Part shown: positions 9,174 to 19,875 of the stretch, one piece after another
How positions within the stretch are numbered: the stretch's first letter is position 1
Layout: every line of letters starts with the position of its first letter
Source of the DNA: Alphaproteobacteria bacterium
GTDB lineage: Bacteria; Pseudomonadota; Alphaproteobacteria; UBA828
Assembly: GCA_965214705.1 (NCBI GenBank)
Contig: OZ243972.1
Span: 1,760,001-1,824,000 of the forward strand
Direction of reading: 5' to 3'
DNA length: 64,000 bases
Notes under the pieces: model-generated
The model's database searches: none
Told to the model about the DNA's origin: nothing
Seen by the model: only the letters and a program-made list of their open reading frames with translations
Made by a program: the position numbers and the translations under genes

Positions 9174-10454
9174 ATGAAAACGAACATCACACGACGCAAG
9201 TTTATGGCAGCAACGGGTGGCGTTGCCGCGGGCTTGACTGCCTTCGGCGCGACGCCGTCCAAGCTTTTCGCTGACGAGAAGACGGTCAAGATCGGATTTC
9301 TCGCGGCGCTCACCGGCGATGCCGCGGGCTGGGGTCTTCCAGGACTCTACGGGGTCGAGATCTGGGCGGAACAGATCAACGCTGCCGGTGGCCTCGACAT
9401 GGGCGGCGAGAAGTACAAGGTCGAGATCATCTCCTATGATGATGAGTTCGACGCCGTTAAGGCGACGGTCGGCGCCAAGAAGCTGCTCTTCGAGGATGAG
9501 GTCTCGATCGTCCTGATGCTCGGCGTCACGCCGGTGCTGGCGGTGAAGGACTTCATGACCCGCAACAAGATGCTGACGACGACGCTGGTGCCGACCGACA
9601 TCAGCGAGGACGCGCCGTATCTGTTCGCGCCCGTCGAGGTCCATCCCTTCTACAACGTGACCGCCGTGGACTACATCGCGCGCAACATGCCGCACATCAA
9701 GACGGCAGCCATCGCGACGCAGAACGACGAGCTGGGCCTCAGCTCGCTCGCGACCTACCGGGCCGCGTTCGAGGTCGCCGGCATCGAGATCGTCGAGGAG
9801 AACCTGTTCGGCTTCGAGGTGACCGACTTCGCGCCGGTGGTATCGAAGCTAATCGCCGCGAACCCCGACGTCATCACCTGGGACACGGCTTATCCCGATT
9901 ACGTCAACCTGCTGACCGAGCAGGCATACTTGCAAGGCTACAAGGGTCAGTTCGTGAACTGCACGCTCGACCAGTACGATCACATCCTGAGCAAGACCAG
10001 CAAGGAGTTCCTGGAGGGATTCCTTTGGCAGTTCCCGGATCTCGACGACCCGATCATGCAGGGCCCCGACACCCATTTCGATAACGCGGCGTCCTTCTAT
10101 CAGACCTACGCCGAGCGTTATCCGGGTGCCTGGACGGCGGTGTCGTGGGAATATGCCGCGGCGCTCGAGATGTGGCGCTCCGCCGTGGCCCAGGCCGGCA
10201 CCTTCGATCCGCCGGCGGTTGCCGACGCGCTCCGTGCGCTGAGCCCCGTGCCGCACGCGTTCGGCGACGCCGAATGGTGGGGCGAGGACTTCTTCGGCGT
10301 GAACAGCGCGGCGCTCGGCAAGTGGCCCGTCGTTCAGATGCAGAACGGCAAGGCCGTCATCGTCGAGATGGGCGACGTCAGAGCCTGGTGCGACCAGCAT
10401 CTCGACGTTCTCAAGAAGCACTTCATAGAGCTCGGCGTCCCGCTCGCCGGCTAA
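9174..10454 (+). CDS. LIV/HAAT-family ABC substrate-binding protein with Tat signal
   Basis: TRRKFM Tat motif, KIGFLAALTG, TDFAPVV; AGGAGG RBS. Confidence 0.9.
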   Translation: MKTNITRRKFMAATGGVAAGLTAFGATPSKLFADEKTVKIGFLAALTGDAAGWGLPGLYGVEIWAEQINAAGGLDMGGEKYKVEIISYDDEFDAVKATVGAKKLLFEDEVSIVLMLGVTPVLAVKDFMTRNKMLTTTLVPTDISEDAPYLFAPVEVHPFYNVTAVDYIARNMPHIKTAAIATQNDELGLSSLATYRAAFEVAGIEIVEENLFGFEVTDFAPVVSKLIAANPDVITWDTAYPDYVNLLTEQAYLQGYKGQFVNCTLDQYDHILSKTSKEFLEGFLWQFPDLDDPIMQGPDTHFDNAASFYQTYAERYPGAWTAVSWEYAAALEMWRSAVAQAGTFDPPAVADALRALSPVPHAFGDAEWWGEDFFGVNSAALGKWPVVQMQNGKAVIVEMGDVRAWCDQHLDVLKKHFIELGVPLAG

Positions 10455-10469
10455 GCGAACCTCAGGTGT

Positions 10470-10500
10470 TGTGCCCCGCTCCGGCGGGGCACACTCTTTC
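10470..10500 (+). terminator. GC-rich hairpin after the SBP gene (terminator or mRNA stabiliser)
   Basis: TGTGCCCCGC-tccg-GCGGGGCACA followed by CTCTTTC. Confidence 0.55.
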
Positions 10501-10545
10501 CTCAGACAGACACTGGCGATCGGCCGGAACGGGCCTTAGCGAGAC

Positions 10546-11430
10546 ATGACGGATCTGGAACTCATCCTTCAGACCATCATGAACTCGCTGATTGCAAGCA
10601 GCTTCACCGCGATATTCGCGGTCGGCCTGGTGCTGATTTTCGGCATCATGCAGATCGTCAATTTCGCCCATGGCGCTCTCTATATGGTGGGCGCGTACGC
10701 GACCTGGTACCTCTACGCGGAACTCGGAATCCCGTTCTTCGCCTCGATCGTGATCGCGACGCTCCTGACGGTGGCCATCGGCCTCCTGATGGAACGCGCG
10801 CTGTTTCGCCCGATGCGCGGCAACCTGTTCGGCGGCCTCATCGTTTCCGTCGGCATGATGTTCGTCCTCGAGGTTCTCGTTGTGTATCTGTTCGGCCAGG
10901 GGCTCATGAAGAACATGACGCCCTATTTCAGGGAATCGTGGCATGCCTTCGGCATCGAGAGCGTCACGATTTCCCACTCGCGGCTGTTCGTCTTCGCGAT
11001 CGCGGCATTCATCCTCGTTGCCTTCTGGCTCTTCATGAGCCGCACCAGGATCGGCTGGGCCATGCGCGCCTGCGCCCAGAATCCGGAAGCGGCGGCGCTG
11101 CAGGGCATCGGCATCGGCAAGATTTCCATGCTGGCGATGGTGATCAGCGCGGCAATGGCGGGCATGGGTGGCGCGGTCATGTCGCCGCTCGTGCGCATCA
11201 CGCCGCAGATGGGCCATCCGGTTCTGGTCACCGCCTTCATCGTCATGATCGTGGGCGGCATGGGCAGCATCGAAGGCGCTCTGATTGCGGCCGTCGTCTA
11301 CAGCTTCTTTCACACGTTCGTCACCACCTACATAGGCGGTGAAATCGCGACGATCCTGGGTCTGGCGTTGATGCTTCTGGTGCTGATCGTCAAGCCGACC
11401 GGGATCATGGGAGCACGCGAGAGTGTTTAG
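10546..11430 (+). CDS. livH: LIV-type ABC permease
   Basis: GLVLIFGIMQIVNFAHG, GWAMRA..QN..AA.LQGI, GGMGSIEG. Confidence 0.9.
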   Translation: MTDLELILQTIMNSLIASSFTAIFAVGLVLIFGIMQIVNFAHGALYMVGAYATWYLYAELGIPFFASIVIATLLTVAIGLLMERALFRPMRGNLFGGLIVSVGMMFVLEVLVVYLFGQGLMKNMTPYFRESWHAFGIESVTISHSRLFVFAIAAFILVAFWLFMSRTRIGWAMRACAQNPEAAALQGIGIGKISMLAMVISAAMAGMGGAVMSPLVRITPQMGHPVLVTAFIVMIVGGMGSIEGALIAAVVYSFFHTFVTTYIGGEIATILGLALMLLVLIVKPTGIMGARESV

Positions 11431-12415
11431 CCGGACGCACCGCAATCTCGCCGGAATCGCCGTCGTCCTGGCGGTCGTCTGCGTCCTGCCGTTTGTCCTG
11501 CGGCCGTATCAGCTCGATTTCCTGATTTTCATGTTCATCAACATCATTCTGGTGGTGAGCTACCGTTTCATCGCCATCACCGGCGAGTTTTCGCTGGCCC
11601 ATGCCGTGATCATGGGCGTGGGCGCCTATGCGAGCGCGCTTCTCGCGGCGCTTCCTATCTCACCGTGGATATCCATGCCGCTTGGCGGCGTGGCGGCAGC
11701 CGCCATCGCCTACGTTCTGAGTTTCCCGCTTTTCCGCATGAAGGGGTTCTACTTCCTCATTGGCTCCTTCGCTGCCGCCGAGGCAATCCGGCTGTGCTGG
11801 GTTCAATTCAACGATCCGTTCGGCGGCTTTCGCGGCCTGCGGCGCATCCCGGTTCTGGAAATCGATCTGGGCGAACTGCTCTATATCGATCTCGGCGCCC
11901 CGGTGCCCTACTACTTCTTCGCGGTGATCGTGGGGCTGATTTGCCTGTTCGTCATGTACCGTATTGAGCATTCCCGCTACGGCTTCGTCTTTCACGCGGT
12001 GCATCACAAGGACACGCTGGCGCAATCGGTCGGAGTCGACGTGCGCCGGTTCCGCACCATCGCATTCGTCACCGGCGGATTTTTCGCGGGCATCGCGGGC
12101 GCCATGGTGGCGCACTACGTCACAGCGATTAATCCGGGTCTGTTCGGCCTGAAGCAGATGCTCTTCGTCCTGGTCTGGGTGCTGGTGGGCGGCATGGGCC
12201 ACTTCGCGGGTCCAATCATCGGCGTCACGGTGCTGTCAATCATCGACGAATCCCTGCGCGGCCTGGATGAGCTGCGGCCCGGCTTCTACGGCCTGGTGCT
12301 GATCGCGACGGTGCTGTTCCTGCCCGAAGGCCTGGTCAGTCTGCCCAGAAAAGTTCTGCAGTGGTCGACCTGGCTGTGGAACCGTGGAGGGGGGACTCTC
12401 GTCAAGCGGGAGTAG
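11423..12415 (+). CDS. livM: LIV-type ABC permease
   Basis: TGEFSLAH...GVGAY, RMKGFYF, LAQSVGVD. Confidence 0.9.
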   Translation: MFSRTHRNLAGIAVVLAVVCVLPFVLRPYQLDFLIFMFINIILVVSYRFIAITGEFSLAHAVIMGVGAYASALLAALPISPWISMPLGGVAAAAIAYVLSFPLFRMKGFYFLIGSFAAAEAIRLCWVQFNDPFGGFRGLRRIPVLEIDLGELLYIDLGAPVPYYFFAVIVGLICLFVMYRIEHSRYGFVFHAVHHKDTLAQSVGVDVRRFRTIAFVTGGFFAGIAGAMVAHYVTAINPGLFGLKQMLFVLVWVLVGGMGHFAGPIIGVTVLSIIDESLRGLDELRPGFYGLVLIATVLFLPEGLVSLPRKVLQWSTWLWNRGGGTLVKRE

Positions 12416-13145
12416 GGGGCGTACCGGCACGACGGCACGGTGGCGCGAGGTAAACCGCCGCCGTTAACTTTCGGGTGTCGGTCATTTTCCGCCAACGCTT
12501 CCTGCGAAAGTCTTCGATCCCGGCATGGAACGGCTCGGCATCGATCTCGCGCGCCCGGGCCCGAGGCTCTTCCGCTTCGTTGTGCCGCCCGGCTTCTTCC
12601 AGAAGGTCCGCCAGATTGTCGCAAATGATCGCCACCCCGGCTTCACGGTGGCTGAGGGACTTCGCTCGCATTTCGCGCGCTTGACGGTAGAACGGCTCCG
12701 CTTCGTCGGTTCGCCCCATCGTGTGCAGGAGTTCCGCGAAGTTGTTCAGCGTCGCTGCGAGGCCGCCCTCGGCGAGGGTAGTGTTGATGCTGCGCTTGAG
12801 CTTGCGCAGTTCTTCCGTCCGTTTCATCTCGAGGCGGATGTGCATCGAGGCGCTTCGCCCGGTGAACTCGACATCCATCTGCGAGACCCATTCGGGCACC
12901 CGCTCCCAGGCGGCGATGGCATCGCGATACCGCGCCTCGGCGTCCGCCGTGTCACCCGCCTCGCGCGCGATCGCTGCGAGGCAATGGAGACTCGCCGCGC
13001 GCCGTGGATCCGCTTCGTCGAAAGCCTGACTCAGCGTGGCGCCGGTTCGCCACAACGGCTCGATCTCGACGCCTGCCTCGAAGGAATCAGCGGCCTCCTC
13101 GGCGAACTGCTCCCACAGGAAATCGACGAGCAAGCAGGGCCGCAT
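12402..13145 (-). CDS. Tetratricopeptide-repeat protein
   Basis: AATLNNFAELLHTMGRTDEAEPFYRQA and similar TPR units. Confidence 0.7.
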   Translation of the reverse strand: MRPCLLVDFLWEQFAEEAADSFEAGVEIEPLWRTGATLSQAFDEADPRRAASLHCLAAIAREAGDTADAEARYRDAIAAWERVPEWVSQMDVEFTGRSASMHIRLEMKRTEELRKLKRSINTTLAEGGLAATLNNFAELLHTMGRTDEAEPFYRQAREMRAKSLSHREAGVAIICDNLADLLEEAGRHNEAEEPRARAREIDAEPFHAGIEDFRRKRWRKMTDTRKLTAAVYLAPPCRRAGTPPTPA

Positions 13146-13178
13146 GGGTTGAGGCTTGTCTGGTATCGGCGCGGACGC

Positions 13179-13886
13179 TCAGGCCCCGAGATAGGCGTGG
13201 CGAACGTGATCGTTCTCGTGCAAATCGTTCGCCTTGCCTTCGAGCGCGATGCGGCCGGTTTCCAGCACGTAGCCATAGCTCGCCAGCATGAGGGCCAGCT
13301 CGGCATTCTGCTCGACCAGGATCACCGGAACGCCCCGACTGTTGATATCGCGGATGATTCTCGCCACCTCCTGCACCATCACCGGCGACAGGCCCAGCGA
13401 CGGCTCGTCCATCAGGATCAACCGCGGATTGGACATGAGGGCGCGGCCGATCGCGACCATCTGTTGTTCGCCGCCACTGAGCGTCTTGGCTCGCTGATTG
13501 CGCCGTTCCCTGAGCACCGGAAAGCGCTCGTGAACGTCTTCGAGGTCACGCGCAATACCCTGTCTGTCCTTCCGCAGGTAGGCACCGGTATGAAGGTTCT
13601 GATTGACGCTGAGATCGGGAAATACCTGCCGCCCCTCCGGCACATGGGCGATGCCCATGCGCACGATCTTTTCCGGCGCCAAGCGATCGATGCGCTGACC
13701 GTCGAACCAGACGCTGCCCTTCGTCGCGCGTTTCAGCCCGGATATCGTGCGAAGCGTGGTGCTCTTGCCGGCGCCGTTGGCGCCGATCAACGTGATGATC
13801 TGGCCTTCGTCGATCGAGATCGAGATATCCGAGACCGCCTGAACGCTCCCGTGGTGGACGGTGATGTCCTTAACTTCGAGCAGCAT
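13179..13886 (-). CDS. livF: LIV-type ABC ATPase
   Basis: GANGAGKS, VPEGRQVF, LSGGEQQM, MDEPSLGL. Confidence 0.92.
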   Translation of the reverse strand: MLLEVKDITVHHGSVQAVSDISISIDEGQIITLIGANGAGKSTTLRTISGLKRATKGSVWFDGQRIDRLAPEKIVRMGIAHVPEGRQVFPDLSVNQNLHTGAYLRKDRQGIARDLEDVHERFPVLRERRNQRAKTLSGGEQQMVAIGRALMSNPRLILMDEPSLGLSPVMVQEVARIIRDINSRGVPVILVEQNAELALMLASYGYVLETGRIALEGKANDLHENDHVRHAYLGA

Positions 13887-14649
13887 TGAGGCCGGTTCCC
13901 AAATAGGCTTCGATGACGTCCTTGTTGTCCTTGATTTCGTCCGGCGCGCCTTCCATCAACAGCTGACCGAAATTCACCACGGTAATTCGTTCGCAGAGGC
14001 CCATCACCGCCTGCATGTCGTGCTCGACCAGCAAGATAGTGATGCCGCTTTCGCGCACCTTCTGGATCAACTCCATCATGCTGCGCGTCTCTTCCGGGTT
14101 CATCCCGGCGAAGGGCTCGTCCAGTAGCAGCAGTTTGGGCTCCGTCGTGAGAGCGACGGCGATACCGAGGGCGCGCTGCAGGCCATGCGGCAAATTGGAA
14201 GCAAGCTCGTCCTTGCGCTCGGCGAGGCCGAGGAATTCCAGCACCTCGAGGGTCTTCGCGTCGCTCACCCGCTCGCTCGCTCGCTGGGTGTTGAACAAAG
14301 CCGAGATCATGTTGCTCTTGGTGTGGAGATAGCACCCCATCAGAGCATTCTCGAAGGTGGTGAACTCCCGGAAGAGCGTCGTCTCCTGGAATGTGCGGAC
14401 CAACCCCTTGGCGGCCACCTGATGCGGCTGCAGACCGCCAATGGACTCGCCCTGGTAGAAGATCTTGCCTGCGGTCGGCCTATAATAGCCGGTGATCACG
14501 TTGAAGACGGTGGTCTTTCCCGCCCCATTCGGGCCGATGAGCCCGTGAATGGCACCCTCTTTCAGTTCGAAACTCAACCCGTCGATGGCGGCCAAGCCAC
14601 CGAACCTCTTTTGCAGCTTCTCGACTCTGAAAAACGCCTGCTCGCTCAT
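13870..14649 (-). CDS. livG: LIV-type ABC ATPase
   Basis: GPNGAGKTT, RTFQ, LDEPFAGMN, VEHDM, VIEAYLG. Confidence 0.92.
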   Translation of the reverse strand: MSEQAFFRVEKLQKRFGGLAAIDGLSFELKEGAIHGLIGPNGAGKTTVFNVITGYYRPTAGKIFYQGESIGGLQPHQVAAKGLVRTFQETTLFREFTTFENALMGCYLHTKSNMISALFNTQRASERVSDAKTLEVLEFLGLAERKDELASNLPHGLQRALGIAVALTTEPKLLLLDEPFAGMNPEETRSMMELIQKVRESGITILLVEHDMQAVMGLCERITVVNFGQLLMEGAPDEIKDNKDVIEAYLGTGLNAARS

Positions 14650-14887
14650 CTCGACCGGCCCGAGGTGATGTGCGCGTCGCTCACCGAGGCGCCCCTATAG
14701 GTAATGATGTCAGGTCCTTGCGCTGGTCCACGAGGCATTCGGCGACGCTCACTCTGTATAGTAATCTACGGCCTCGGACACAAATACCCGACAACCGGTT
14801 TCGTCGCCGGCCGCGCTCGCACAGGAGAAGAAGCGCACTCCGGGTGGACAGGCCCGGCACAACCACTGGCAATAGAGAGAGAATGGG

Positions 14888-16177
14888 ATGGGAAAGAAGA
14901 TCGCGGTGTTCCCCGAACCCGGTGCTATCGGTCCCGTAATGAACCTAGTGGGCATTTGCCAGGGCCTGCGGGATATGGGCCACGAACCTGTCTTCGTGCT
15001 CGAGCCCGGTCTCAAGGGTTCTGTCGAAAGCTATGGCTTCGACGAGCGCTACGTCTCCTGCATGGAGCCGATGAGCCCGGAGGCGCAAGCGGCCTACTGG
15101 GACGATTTCATGATCCGATACATGCCGACCTTCAAGACTTCGGCCTACGATCAGATCGCCACTTACGTGAAAGGCTGTTGGGAGGCGATCATCTACACCT
15201 CCGAATGGTCGGTGAAGAACGGGCTCGACAAGGTCTTTGCCGAGATCGCTCCCGATCTGATCATCAACGACAATGTCGCGCTCTACCCCGCCACGCAGCA
15301 GGCAGGCTGCCCTTGGGCGCGCATGATTTCGTGCTCGGAGAATGAGATTATCGACCCAGACATTCCGCCTCATCTGTCCGGTTGCGGCGAGAACGACAAG
15401 GAATGCTTCGCGGCCTATCGGGCGGAGTTTGAGAAAGAGCTCAAGCCGGTCCACGACGGGTTCAACGACTTTCTTGAAGCCCAAGGGTGCGAGCGACTGC
15501 CGTTCCCGGAGTTCGTGCTGCCGTCGCCATATCTCAATCTGCTGCTTTATCCCAAGCCGTTGCGCTTCACACGGCGGAACCCTCTCGATCCCGAGAAGTT
15601 CGTCTATCTCGACGGCTGCGTGCGGGAGGAAAGCGAGCCCTATGAAGTGCCAACCTTCAGGGCGAACAACGACAAGCCGCTAATCTATTTCAGCTATGGC
15701 AGCCTTGGTGTCGCCGATGTCGACCTCATCAAGCGCATCATCGGCGTGCTCGCCAACGCGCCTTATCGCGTCCTGGTCAACGTGGGAGACTACGTCGAGC
15801 AGTACGACACCCCGCCGGACAATGTGCAAATCGCATCATGGTACCGGCAGACCGCGGTACTGCCCCATGTCGATGCATTCATCCAGCATGGCGGCAACAA
15901 CAGCTTCAACGAGAGCCTCTATTTCGGTATCCCGCCCATCGTGATGCCGTTCGTCTGGGACGGCCACGACAATGCCCAGCGCGCCAATGACACCAATCAC
16001 GGCATCGGGATGCACCGCTACGACTGGACCGACGCGGAGCTTCTGGCGAACATCGAAAGGACTCTGACCGACCAGAAAATGCGGGCCAACGTCGCGGCGA
16101 CCAGCGAGTACATGCAGGCACAGAACGGCCGTATGCGTGCCGCCAACGCCATCAACGAATTGCTGGAGCGCCCATAG
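14888..16177 (+). CDS. GT1/UGT-family (MGT-like) glycosyltransferase
   Basis: YFSYGSLG and WYRQ..VL...DAFIQHGGNNSFNESL.FG.P...P...D nucleotide-sugar signature. Confidence 0.85.
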   Translation: MGKKIAVFPEPGAIGPVMNLVGICQGLRDMGHEPVFVLEPGLKGSVESYGFDERYVSCMEPMSPEAQAAYWDDFMIRYMPTFKTSAYDQIATYVKGCWEAIIYTSEWSVKNGLDKVFAEIAPDLIINDNVALYPATQQAGCPWARMISCSENEIIDPDIPPHLSGCGENDKECFAAYRAEFEKELKPVHDGFNDFLEAQGCERLPFPEFVLPSPYLNLLLYPKPLRFTRRNPLDPEKFVYLDGCVREESEPYEVPTFRANNDKPLIYFSYGSLGVADVDLIKRIIGVLANAPYRVLVNVGDYVEQYDTPPDNVQIASWYRQTAVLPHVDAFIQHGGNNSFNESLYFGIPPIVMPFVWDGHDNAQRANDTNHGIGMHRYDWTDAELLANIERTLTDQKMRANVAATSEYMQAQNGRMRAANAINELLERP

Positions 16178-16179
16178 CG

Positions 16180-16533
16180 ATGCCCGCGCACGTGTTGGCG
16201 AATGCCGCCTCGCTCGATCCGGCATCCTTCACCGACTGGGGGGAGGTCGCCAAGCCGATCGGCGAGCCGGTATCTCGCGCGAGTGGCCTGATCCTGTTTC
16301 GGAACGAGGATCGTTCGTCGGAGATGGGGCTCTGGGAATGCACGCCGGGGTGTTGGCGCTGCGAGGTCGAGAGCGACGAGTTCTTCCACGTGCTCGCCGG
16401 CCGTGCGGTTTATACGGAGGACGATGGCACGGTGACCGACATTGCCGCCGGTATGACCTGCGCCTTCCCCGCCGGCTGGAGGGGCTCGTGCGAGGTTGTC
16501 GAGACCGTGCGCAAGGTCTACATGGTGCGGTAG
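16180..16533 (+). CDS. Cupin (EutQ/DUF861-like)
   Basis: GLWECTPG...DEFFHVLAG...FPAGWRG...TVRKVY. Confidence 0.85.
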   Translation: MPAHVLANAASLDPASFTDWGEVAKPIGEPVSRASGLILFRNEDRSSEMGLWECTPGCWRCEVESDEFFHVLAGRAVYTEDDGTVTDIAAGMTCAFPAGWRGSCEVVETVRKVYMVR

Positions 16534-17496
16534 CAAAACTCTTTGCCATTGAGACGGCACGCGCGGCGTGCTCCGGTCGACGGGGCGGGAAAGTTGCGCA
16601 ACGCGATGCAAGGAAAACGGCTTCGCGCGCCGCGGGGCACGTCATCAATTGCTGACGATCCTGGTCACGGTGCGGCCCTCGAGAACGTCCGCAACGTCCA
16701 CCGCCTCCAACGTGCCGTGTTCCAGAAGAGCGGTGGCGAGACTGTGAAGCTGCCCCTTGCGACTGTTTAGAATGTCGCGTGCACGGCGTTCCGCATCACT
16801 CATCAAGAGGCGCACGCCTGCCTCGGCCTCCGCGACCGTAAGGCCGGCCTCGGGACCGCCAAGCAAGTCGTATGCGATCCTTTCCGCCGCCTTGATGTCG
16901 GACGTCATCGCCTCGGTCATCGCGTCATCGCCGCTTGCGATCTCCTCGGCGATCAGACCGCCCAGAGCAATGGCGAGCTCCGCCTCCTTGCGTGCTCGCC
17001 GTGCTTCGTCGTCCAGATCGCCATCCGCTGGAACGCGGGTCACGCTGCCAAGCACGCCCCAGCGCGAGACGATGGTCACTTGCAGGATCTCCCCGCCCGC
17101 CGGGAGAGTGGCGGCGATCAGGGCATGACCGGCCTCGTGATAGGCGGTCAACCGCCGGTCTTCATCGCTGATTTTCGGGACGCGGTTCTCGGAGAGAGGG
17201 TCGATCGTGGCGGCGGCAACCAGCCCGGCCAGCAACGTAAGCACCGCAATGCCGCTGATGTTGACTTGAACGAAGCCGCTACGCGGAGTTAGCGGCGTAG
17301 AGTTCATTCATTTCCGAGGCGTCGCGGGTGCCGTTTGTTCTGTGCGTTCGCTTCCCGGTTGCGTCAGTGGCGCTCCGCCCGTCGGGTGGCGGATCCCCAG
17401 CAGCCTCCCGATCACCAGTGGTTAGCATCGACCCCTGCGACGGACCGTCGCCGGATCGGTCCGGCGGCGCGCCGTCGCGATCCAGGGAGATCGATA

Positions 17497-18375
17497 ATGA
17501 CCGGGACCGCGTGCGACACGAACACCGTCACCCCTCTTCGCCAGCGCATGGAGGAGCAGCTCCGCATCGCCAATCTGGCCGCGAGCACGTCCAAGGCCTA
17601 CATCTGCGAGATCAAGAACCTGGCCAGGTACTACGACGCCTCGCCGGACGAGCTCGACGCCGAGCAGGTGCGCCAGTGGTACCTGGGGCGGATCGACAAG
17701 GGGCTCAGTCCGGGCACGACCAACGTCTCCTTCGCCGCGCTGAACTTCCTCTACATCGACACACTCGGCTGGCCTGACCATGTCGCCGGCCTGCGCTCCC
17801 GCAAGAAGCCCGGCAAGCTGCCGCGCTACATGTCGGAGCAGGAGGTCGAGCACCTCATCCTTGCGACACCCGACCTCCGCCACCGTGCTGCCATTGTCAC
17901 CGGCTATGGCGGCGGGCTCCGCATCTCCGAGACCTTGGCCATCAAGGTCGGCGACATCCTGTCGGAGAAGAAGCTGCTGCACATCCCCTCCGGCAAAGGC
18001 GGCACCGAGAGAATGGCACCGTTGCCGGACATCGTCATCCACTACTTGCGCGTCTACTACAGGAACATCTGGCCGCGTCCGACGAGCTGGCTCTTCTACG
18101 GCGTCTCGCTCGACAGGCCCATCGCAACGGAGACCTTGCAGGCCGCCTTCAGGAGGGCGCGCGACATTGCCGAGCTCGACCGCAGCTACACCTTCCATTG
18201 CCTGCGCCATTCGGCGGCGACCCATCTCCTCGAGCGCGGCGGCGATATCGAGGTGATCCGGGACATGCTCGGCCATCGAAGCGCGAACACGACCCGTCAC
18301 TACGCCCGCGTCACCGGCAAGATGTTCGAGGGCCTCGACCACCCGATCTCAGGCTTCGCAGCGTTGCGCAACTGA
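17497..18375 (+). CDS. Tyrosine recombinase (N-terminal SAM-like domain plus catalytic domain) of the IS91-like element
   Basis: PLRQRM, GGGLRISE, GKGG, HCLRHS.ATHLLE.G, MLGH...TT..Y. Confidence 0.9.
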   Translation: MTGTACDTNTVTPLRQRMEEQLRIANLAASTSKAYICEIKNLARYYDASPDELDAEQVRQWYLGRIDKGLSPGTTNVSFAALNFLYIDTLGWPDHVAGLRSRKKPGKLPRYMSEQEVEHLILATPDLRHRAAIVTGYGGGLRISETLAIKVGDILSEKKLLHIPSGKGGTERMAPLPDIVIHYLRVYYRNIWPRPTSWLFYGVSLDRPIATETLQAAFRRARDIAELDRSYTFHCLRHSAATHLLERGGDIEVIRDMLGHRSANTTRHYARVTGKMFEGLDHPISGFAALRN

Positions 18376-18678
18376 CGGCGCGTGGAGGCCGAACGCGCGG
18401 GCGTGGCGGAGATCTTCCGCCGCGCCGGCGCCGCTTTCCGTGAGCGCCACAAAGGGCGCATCGACGCCGCCCGGCTCAAGGTCATGGGCGCCATCGAGGC
18501 GTGCCGCACCGCCGTGCTCGGCGGCCACATGTACGCCTGCGAGGGCTGCGGGCGCGAGCATCCGCTCTTCAGATACCATGAGCACGGTGGCACCGAATCG
18601 ATTCTGGCGGTTAGACAAGCTCGGAGAGAAGGCCAGCACCTTCTCTCCGAGCGGAATCGTCAACAACGGAGTGGACGG

Positions 18679-19875
18679 ATGTCGGATGGTCCAGACACGA
18701 CCGCGCTGACAGGCGCAAGTAGTAGCACGATTTATGTCGCGGTGGAGATCAGCCTCAAATCGTGGATCGTTGGCGTGCATTGCCCGGATGCCTCGGGTGG
18801 CAGCATCAGCATCCACACACTGGCTGCTGCCGACACGGCGGGACTGTTGGATCTCGTCGGGTCGGTGCGGGAACGGGTGGCGAGGGAGCTCGGCGCCCGT
18901 CCTCGGGTGATGCTGACCTACGAGGCGGGCTACGAGGGGTTCTGGCTTGCCCGCGATATCGAGCGCCGTGACGCGGAGATCGATATCTTCATGAACGATC
19001 CGGCGAGCCTGCGGGTGAACCGGCGCGCCAAGAAGAAAAAGACCGACCGTATCGACGCGAGGAGGATGGTTCGGGCTCTGAAGGCATGGGACCAAGGCGA
19101 TTCGGAGGCCATGTCCTGGGTGCGCGTGCCCGATGTGGACCAGGAGGATGCCAAGCGCCTGCTGCGCGAGAGGGACACGCTGATCAGCGAGCGTACCCGC
19201 GTCAACAACCGGATCAAAGGGCTCTTGCAGTTGCACGGCATCTTCGATCTGGCGCCGCGCAAGCCGGACTTCCTCGAACGCCTCGCGACCGCGCGGACGG
19301 GCTATGGGGCGCCGTTGCCGCCGCGTGCGCGGGCAGAGATTGAGAGGGCGGTGGGGATGCTTCGCCTGGTTGAGGAGCATATCGAGATGATCGAGGCCGA
19401 GAAGAGGGCCCTGCTGAAGGCTGGCCGGAAAGCCCAGGACGCGACCAATCGTGACGGGACGGCGATGATCGCGGCGCTTACGCGCATCCATGGCATCGGC
19501 CTCAATGACGCCACACTGCTGGCTGGCGAGGTGTTCTATCGGGACTTCCGCAATCGCCGGGAGTTGGGCAGCTGGGCCGGGTTGACGTCGGTGCCGTGGG
19601 CGAGCGGAGATGTCGACCACGATCTTGGCATCAGCAAGGCCGGCCCCTCGCATGTCAGGAAGCACATGATCCAGATGGCTTGGCGCTGGCTGAAGCTGCA
19701 ACCGGAAAGCGCGATCACGAAGTGGTTCCACGCCTACGTCGCCAGGGATGCCGGTGGCGGGAGGGACCGGCGAGCGAGGAAGCGGGCGATCGTGGGGGTC
19801 GCGCGCAAGCTGCTGATCGCGCTGTGGCGCTATGCCACCCAAGGACTGGTGCCTGAGGGCGCCATCGTCTCCTGA
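18679..19875 (+). CDS. IS110-family recombinase/transposase
   Basis: RuvC-like AVEIS / YEAG / KTDRIDA (first acidic residue Glu) and C-terminal IHGIG, WAGL..VPWASG, ISKAG, ARKLL. Confidence 0.92.
   Translation: MSDGPDTTALTGASSSTIYVAVEISLKSWIVGVHCPDASGGSISIHTLAAADTAGLLDLVGSVRERVARELGARPRVMLTYEAGYEGFWLARDIERRDAEIDIFMNDPASLRVNRRAKKKKTDRIDARRMVRALKAWDQGDSEAMSWVRVPDVDQEDAKRLLRERDTLISERTRVNNRIKGLLQLHGIFDLAPRKPDFLERLATARTGYGAPLPPRARAEIERAVGMLRLVEEHIEMIEAEKRALLKAGRKAQDATNRDGTAMIAALTRIHGIGLNDATLLAGEVFYRDFRNRRELGSWAGLTSVPWASGDVDHDLGISKAGPSHVRKHMIQMAWRWLKLQPESAITKWFHAYVARDAGGGRDRRARKRAIVGVARKLLIALWRYATQGLVPEGAIVS

Noticed and set aside
17497-18375. Integron integrase or prophage integrase
   Set aside because: No attC cassettes or phage genes; it travels inside each IS91-like copy
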